Shown here one piece after another: positions 55,997 to 64,000 of a stretch of 64,000 bases of DNA; within the stretch, counting starts at the first letter, position 1; each line of letters begins with the position of its first letter. Source of the stretch: the human T2T-CHM13v2.0 reference genome, Homo sapiens; NCBI RefSeq assembly GCF_009914755.1, contig NC_060925.1; one strand, given 5' to 3'. A model generated the notes under the pieces. That model saw nothing but the letters and a program-made list of their open reading frames with translations. It had not been told where the DNA came from and did not search any database. Position numbers and translations under genes: made by a program.

Positions 55997-57249
55997 CACT
56001 CCTTTACCAGATTACTAATGAGACCATATTTTCTCCTTGTTGATTCTTTCCAATTTATTCATTAAACATTTATTAAAAGTCATCTCCTATGACAGGCTCT
56101 GGGTATAATAAGGTAAATAAAACATCATACTTTCCTCCTATGGACTACCCTCAGTTATATAATTTCTTCTCTTGAAAAATCTTGAGGGGAATTAATGGAT
56201 ATTTTAGTATTTGCTATTAGAACAATTAGCTAATACTCTGTAATAAGTTAATTTAGACCATTTTTTCAAATTAGCTGGAGAAAATTTTGTTTTTTTAAAT
56301 AAATTATAATGCATAAAATATAGATACAGGTGAAATATTTGTATAACCTCCTGGTGAGTGAGGTTATACAAATATCAAGAAACAAAAAGCCATGAATCAA
56401 AAAATTTAAAGAGTTGACTCCATGAATGGAAAAAAAAACTTTATTGTGGCAGAAAGCATAATAAACAGAATAAAAGAACAAATATTTGAAAGAAAATAAT
56501 TGTATACCTATGACAGAAAAAATGTTAAGAATGTTTAATATTAAAGAGCTCCTAGATATTTATAATAAAATGGCAAACCAATAAAATATGGAAATGCAAT
56601 TTATGGAATAAGAAATGAAAATTAGAAATGAACATATAACATATTTAAAATCATTAATAGGAAGAATAAAATTTGAAAGAAATTCTCCTTAAGAGAATTT
56701 TTTCCAGTAAGATCTTAAGGTCAATAATGTCTAGGACATCTCTTAATTCAGTTTCATACAGGGAACAGGCAGTCTGTTATGCAACTTGATTGCTAAAATC
56801 TTTTCTAAATTCAGTATTATTGTACTTTGTGTCCAAGTAGTAATATAATCATCTTGGAAAGTACTTACTTTCCAAAATAAAATCATCTTGGTAAATACTT
56901 ATTTTCCAAAATAGTTACAATGTAGTATAAAGTGAAAAGAGGATAATCTTTGTGTATAAGTAATATAAACAACCTTAAAATTGTCTGTTAAAATTCTACA
57001 AATCCCACAGCTGAGCACATTATACAGAAAAAAAAAAGCATCAGTATATGTGGATATATATCTCATGCTTACATTTGCATTGTTTGAAAAAACATAAATG
57101 CCAATCAATAAGAATTGTTAAATAAAAAAGCATATATTCAAATTGTGTAGTATTATAGTATGCAGCTATTAACATGTGTGTTTCATTTATAATTATTGAC
57201 TTGGAAAAATACTTATATTGTTAAATGGGAAAAATTAAATGTGAAGTAA

Positions 57250-58860
<1,611 letters not shown>

Positions 58861-59246
58861 TCATAAAATAAAAAAGTGCATGTAATAAATTTGTATATTT
58901 GGATATACTGATCTAGCATAGATAACATATATAAAAATGTACATAAAACTTAGCAGTATTTGACTAAGAGGTAAAAGATTAAAAGGAGTTAAAGATGGTT
59001 ACGTTTATTCTACATATATTTGCCATATTTAAATATATTATTTTTCTACTTTTAAATATCTTATTTCTCATATCATTTGAACCTATAATTCTACTTCTCA
59101 GAAGTCGTCTTAAGGAAATGATAAAAAAGTCAGAAAAGAGTGGAGAACAAATATTGTAATCCATATTATATAAATTGACTAAGTTGAAAATACCCAAAAA
59201 ATTCAGCCACAGGGAACTGATTAAGTAAATCAGGTTGAAGTCTTAA

Positions 59247-59466
59247 ATATGACACTTGTTCACATCAAAAGTATGTCTTTCAAAGACCTTTTAATGATCT
59301 TGGAAAATAATAGCTTTTAATGATCTTGGAACATAATGATCTTGGAAAATGATATTGGAAAATAGTTTTAATGATCTTGGAAAATATGATAATTGTTCAT
59401 GTTAAAATTATGTCTTTCAAAGAGCTTTTAATGATCTTGGAAAATAGCTACTAATCTTGGAAAATA
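59247..59466. repeat. Irregular tandem array, 7 copies of a taatgatcttggaaaata-like core inside a ~62 bp duplication
   Basis: Cores start near 59292, 59318, 59334, 59348, 59369, 59429 and 59452. 59247-59309 is similar to 59384-59446. Confidence 0.88.
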
Positions 59467-62290
59467 CTTGGATGTAGTATAAAATGAAAAAAGGAAGATA
59501 ATCTTTGTGTACAAGTAATAATACGAACAACCTTAAAACACAATTATGCCTATAGACACACACACACACATACACACAGAAAGAGGAAAACAATCTAGAA
59601 GAAAACTATTGTGAGGAAATCTTGCCAGGACAAGGAGTGATATTAGTTTCATTTTACTTTTTAGACTTTTCTATAATTTCTGAAATTTTTATAAGTGTCA
59701 TTGGTTTTCTAATTCTCCCAAAGAATATATCAGAGCCAACATGAAAATATCACAATGAGTCAGGAATTTTGTGAATTCTTTAAAAAGGGATTAGTTGATT
59801 ATCCTTCTAATTAAGGTAAAACTTTGTTTCTGATATCTGCATAAAATTAATTATTTCACATGCTTATTCACCAAGTTCATTATGCATAAAACAAAATTAA
59901 ACAAACAAAAACGACTCCATGAAGTAGTACTGAATATAATGAATATCCTGAATTCTAAAACTCAATGAAAAAAGAACTACTTGATTCATTGCTTAAATAA
60001 TTATAAAAATGAAATTCAAGAAATAATTTGGGAAGATTTGAGTACTAATAAAAAGAGGTAATAGTTCAGCAAATTGAAGACAACAGAATGAATTAACACT
60101 GTTGGAAAAAAATTTGCCTTCAGACAGCAAATATTTCCACTTTTCCGCAGAGACCATAGTCTTTCATGCCTTATGCAATATAGCCTAACCAAATATTTAG
60201 ATAATCTGGGAATTCAATTTAATGAAACAGCCTCTTTTCCAGTACATTATTAGTAATACATTAGTTTTCACAGTGATTTAGCAAATTTATCTTTCTAATT
60301 ATTTTGGTTGAACTAACGTCAGCACCCTGTAGACTGTTCTTGGTGCAAAAGAATATTTCTTCCACTCAGGTCTCAGAGTTTGGAAGGATTTAGCTAGAGA
60401 TTTTAAATTTGCACTAGTTAATCCATCCCATGAATCATTAACTTAGTATAAAAAATAAACAGTGGCTTGGGTTAAGCATAGCAATTTAAATATTTTGCAG
60501 AGATTCAGGAGGAAATTTAAAATGGTCAGTAGTTTTGAAAGAAATAATAGCGTACTTTGTCAAGTATTCCAGATAAGGGAGGTAGATACTATATGAATAA
60601 CATGCTAGTTATTACTATATGAATATTAAAATAAAAGCAATAAAAATAAAACGTAAGCACTAGAGGAATAAAAAAATATTGATGAGCTGCTGATCACTAT
60701 TACTCATAAGAAGCATGGTTTTGTTTGTTTTCTTAAAATTTGGACCATCCTCTCATTTTTGATGGATTTTTTTTTCCCTTAGGTTCAAAAGCCCACTGAA
60801 TGTTTCATAATGTAATAAACATTAAAAACTAGTAATTATATGCATTAGATTATCTACAGTAATGTCAATTCATTTTTTGTAGACAAGCATGGTGCTTAGC
60901 TATTAAAGAAAATAAATGTTAGTGGCCAAATCTCCAATGTGTATATGCAAAGCTATCTACATTTAATATTCACTACTGATGTTTAAAATTTCAGGTTTAA
61001 CATGGACATTATTTACCATGAAAATCATAAAATGTAGTTATATTTCACTATGTGTTTGTTAGAACCATATGGAATTGCCATTTTTAACAAATATAAATGT
61101 TGAACATGGCCAATTTGATATGCATTTACCTAATACTTAGTTCTCCCCAGATCTTAAATTCGTCTTTAGGTACACTATGGATTGTAGAATTAGGCATACT
61201 GAAGACAACATTTTAAATTTTTTAATGTGTAAACTTAATTGTATAAAGCTTGAAGTTCTTTATTAGTTCAAGCTTCATATTTTCTGTGGCCCTGCTAGAC
61301 AAGAATGAGATGAAACTCTGCCCTGTGTGAGACTCTATCAATTTTGTTAATAAATGATTCTGCAATTTATTTTTCCTGTTAACACTATACAGGTGTGCCA
61401 AGCAAGAGATGTATTGTACTGGTTCTAGTCTCAGTTCGGTATCAGATGACTAGAGCAGCCTGGGGAGATAATAAAGCTTTTGTATTCTCCATAAACCCTT
61501 CTAACAACAAGCTGGTGAATATAAGAGACCCCAGCAGACAGCCAGTCAAATTTAAGCTTCTATACAAAGACTTCATCTATAGAAGCTTATGAGCAGCAAC
61601 ACTGAAGAGCAGTCTTTGAGATTTGTGCATGTATCTAACAAACATACTTTTCCTAATTCCTTTTACAAAAATTAAATCTTAGTAGAAAAATATGGTCACT
61701 CTTTAACAAATTTTTAAAAATTAAACAATTTGATTTACAATATGTTTGCTTCTCTTTTCTCCTCCTTCCTCCTCTCCCATTGCCACCCTTTCCCTCCCTT
61801 TTCTTTGTCCTTTTCATTTTAATGTCCAAGGCTATTAAAGAAACTACATGATTTTCCTTACTCTTACTTTAAAAATGGTGAAAAATTTGCATTGAATTCA
61901 AAGTTTAGCCACCATTGTGGCTGATGCCCAACTCTTCTTTTCTTCTTTACTGTAAGCATTATCGTAGCCTGGGCAAAGAAATCCACAGGGGCTGGCAAAC
62001 AGGCTCTTTCCAAAAGAGAATGTGTTTATAAACAAGTGTTTGTCCTCTCTATTCAACCTTTACCTATTCAAGGAACAAAAGCTAACTTTATTCATACTTT
62101 GCTATAATTTTTCCTCTTACTATTTTTGGTGAAGGGTAACAGGAAAAGTAAGATTTGAATTTTTTCAAGTAGATTGTATGGTAACATTTACATTCATTCA
62201 TTTATTCATTCTAATCAACCTCAGTTCCTGAATCTTTGATGTCTCTTATAGGTGAAAGGATTTTTAATGCACCTGTGAGCCAATTTTTGG

Positions 62291-63408
62291 TTTCTGAAGA
62301 GGAGGAAGGATGCAGAGTAAAAGGAAATGTAAAAGTGTTGTACACCAGCTCTCAGTAACCTTAGAAGATTTATATGATGCTGCAACAAGAAAACAGGCTC
62401 TGCAAAATAATGTGCTTTGTGACAGGTGTGAAGACAGAGGTGGGGAAAAAAAAAAGGAACAGTACAGTGCTGTCATAATTGCCAAGGTATTGGAATGCAA
62501 ATAAGAATTCATCAGATAGAACCCGGAATAGCTCAGCAAATTCAAGCTGTGTGCATGGAGACCCAGGGCCATGGGGAACAGATCAGTCCTCAAGATAGAT
62601 GTAAAAGCTGCAACAGAAAGAAGATAGTTTTGGGAGAAGATGATTCTAGAAATTCATATTGACAAAAGCATGAAAGATGGCCAGAAAATAACATCTCATG
62701 ATGAAAGAGACCAAAAACCAGGACTGGAGCCAGGAGATATTATCATTGCATTAGATCAGAAGGACCATGCTGTTTTTACTTGACAAAGAAAAGACCTTTT
62801 CATATGTATGGATATACAGCTGGTTGTAGTATTGCATGGCTTCTGAAAACCAATATCCACTCTTGACAACTGAACCATAGTCATCATCTCTCATCCAGGT
62901 CAAACTGTCAAGCATGGAGCCATCAAGCATGTGTTAAATGAAGGCAGGCCAATTTATTGTAGACCACATGAAGAGTCACTTAATCATTGAATTTAAGGTA
63001 AACTTTCTTGATAATGGCTTTCCCTTTTTTGACAAACTCCTTGCTGGAAAAACTCCTACAAAAGAGTAAAGAAGTAGAAGAGACTGATGAGATGAATCAA
63101 GTAGAATTTGTGGACTTTGATTCAAATCAGGAAAGATGATGCTGATGCCACTACAGTGCAGAAGCAAATGTGGGACCATTACAATGGAAAAGCATGAGGA
63201 TGATAAACATCATTTCAGAGGTGTTCAGTGTCAAACATCTTAATGGGACCAGTGATAATACTCGCTGCTGGCATTTTATGGGCAGTAGTGAATGAGCAAA
63301 GGACTGTAATCCTAATATGCTCACTACTTGCTATTGTTTTGGTTTTACTATTCAACTAGAGTAGTGTTTTAAAAATTAAAGGAAGAATAAATACAAATTT
63401 TTTAAAAA
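62291..63408 (+). pseudogene. DNAJA1P5: DNAJA1 processed pseudogene, 5'-truncated (no J domain); covers the end of the G/F region, zinc-finger region, C-terminal domain and 3'UTR
   Basis: Intronless match to DNAJA1 ([13 protein letters not shown]..., [13 protein letters not shown], ending CQTS-TAA at 63229-63243). Frameshift in the A-run at 62446-62456, CGA>TGA stops at 62781 and 62871, AATAAA at 63386. The P5 label rests on my recollection of its location inside OLFM3. Confidence 0.92.
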
Positions 63409-64000
63409 TTGACAAGGATGAGCATGGCCAACAAACCTCTCTCCACTTTGGCAACAAATAGTTTTAAATTTGGTTTCCAGAGTAAGTTAATAGAAGGTAT
63501 AACACAGAGAACCAGAAATACAAAGTGCTCTATTAGTGAGATATCAGAAGTGATTATTGCTGATTATTATCTGATATTTTATAAAACAATCTCTTTTGAG
63601 ATATTAAATATATACTGAGATTCATAAAACGGTAGATACCTAAATTATCTCATTTAGTAAATCAGTGGGGCTATTTAATCCAGATAATTTAAACCCTAAG
63701 AATAATTTTATTTTCCAGTAGATTGACTTTTACTTATTTTATTTATTTTCTTTTACATAAACTCAGAGGGAATTACACTTTTTAAGACCATGTCATTTAA
63801 TATTTCCAGTTTTAAAGAGAAATAGAGTATTTGGCATAATGAATGCCTATTTTACTATTTGTCTTTATGTCATATGTAATTTTTCCTCTTAAAGTTTATT
63901 TTAAATGTGTTTCAAAGTCCAATAAAGGGAACACTAATACAGATTGTAATTGTATTTCAGTAATTTAAACAATTCATTCTATAACTGTGTAACTTTAAGC

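Noticed and set aside
59247-59466. CRISPR-like repeat-spacer array
   Set aside because: Primate intron with no cas genes. The repeats are 15-18 nt with irregular or overlapping spacing, and the spacers derive from adjacent sequence.
60318-60338. REST/RE1 site (tcagcaccctgtagac)
   Set aside because: Only the left half matches; the GGACAG right half is absent at canonical spacing.
62310-62504. 64 aa DNAJA1-like peptide as a real protein
   Set aside because: Pseudogene fragment with no J domain, frameshifted at the A-run, with multiple stops downstream.
62282-63477. aatttttggtttc / aatttggtttc as the TSD of the DNAJA1 pseudogene
   Set aside because: The second copy is ~60 bp beyond the apparent 3' end and the match is short and AT-rich, so it cannot be supported.

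Overview
This is primate (human-like) genomic DNA from the OLFM3 (olfactomedin-3/optimedin/noelin-3) locus, transcribed on the minus strand. The window contains an alternative first coding exon (16036-16164, [21 protein letters not shown]...), the shared exon 2 (6069-6215) and the first 17 nt of exon 3 (1-17). The rest is intronic. From prior knowledge, 16.4-64 kb is intron 1 of the distal-promoter isoform, whose first exon lies outside the window. The introns hold Alus, MIRs, L2s, an L1PA 3' fragment, a complete THE1 element, an MST solo LTR, and Tigger1, Tigger4a and MER5 DNA transposons. They also hold three retrocopies: a U6 pseudogene, a 5'-truncated DNAJA1 pseudogene and an unidentified 1.9 kb 3'UTR-like insert with poly(A) and a 17 bp TSD. 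Apart from the exon 2 overlap and L1, THE1, Tigger1, Alu and DNAJA1 remnants, the ORF track looks like noise. I found no prokaryote-type or otherwise clearly new multi-gene system. The most unusual observations are a cluster of template-switch scars around 56.3-59.5 kb, an ancient direct duplication bracketing exon 2, uORFs upstream of the proximal OLFM3 start codon, a chimeric Alu under one TSD, and a possible antisense spliced transcript ending in the DNAJA1 pseudogene. Repeat subfamily names come from recalled consensus sequences, and boundaries of old repeats are approximate.
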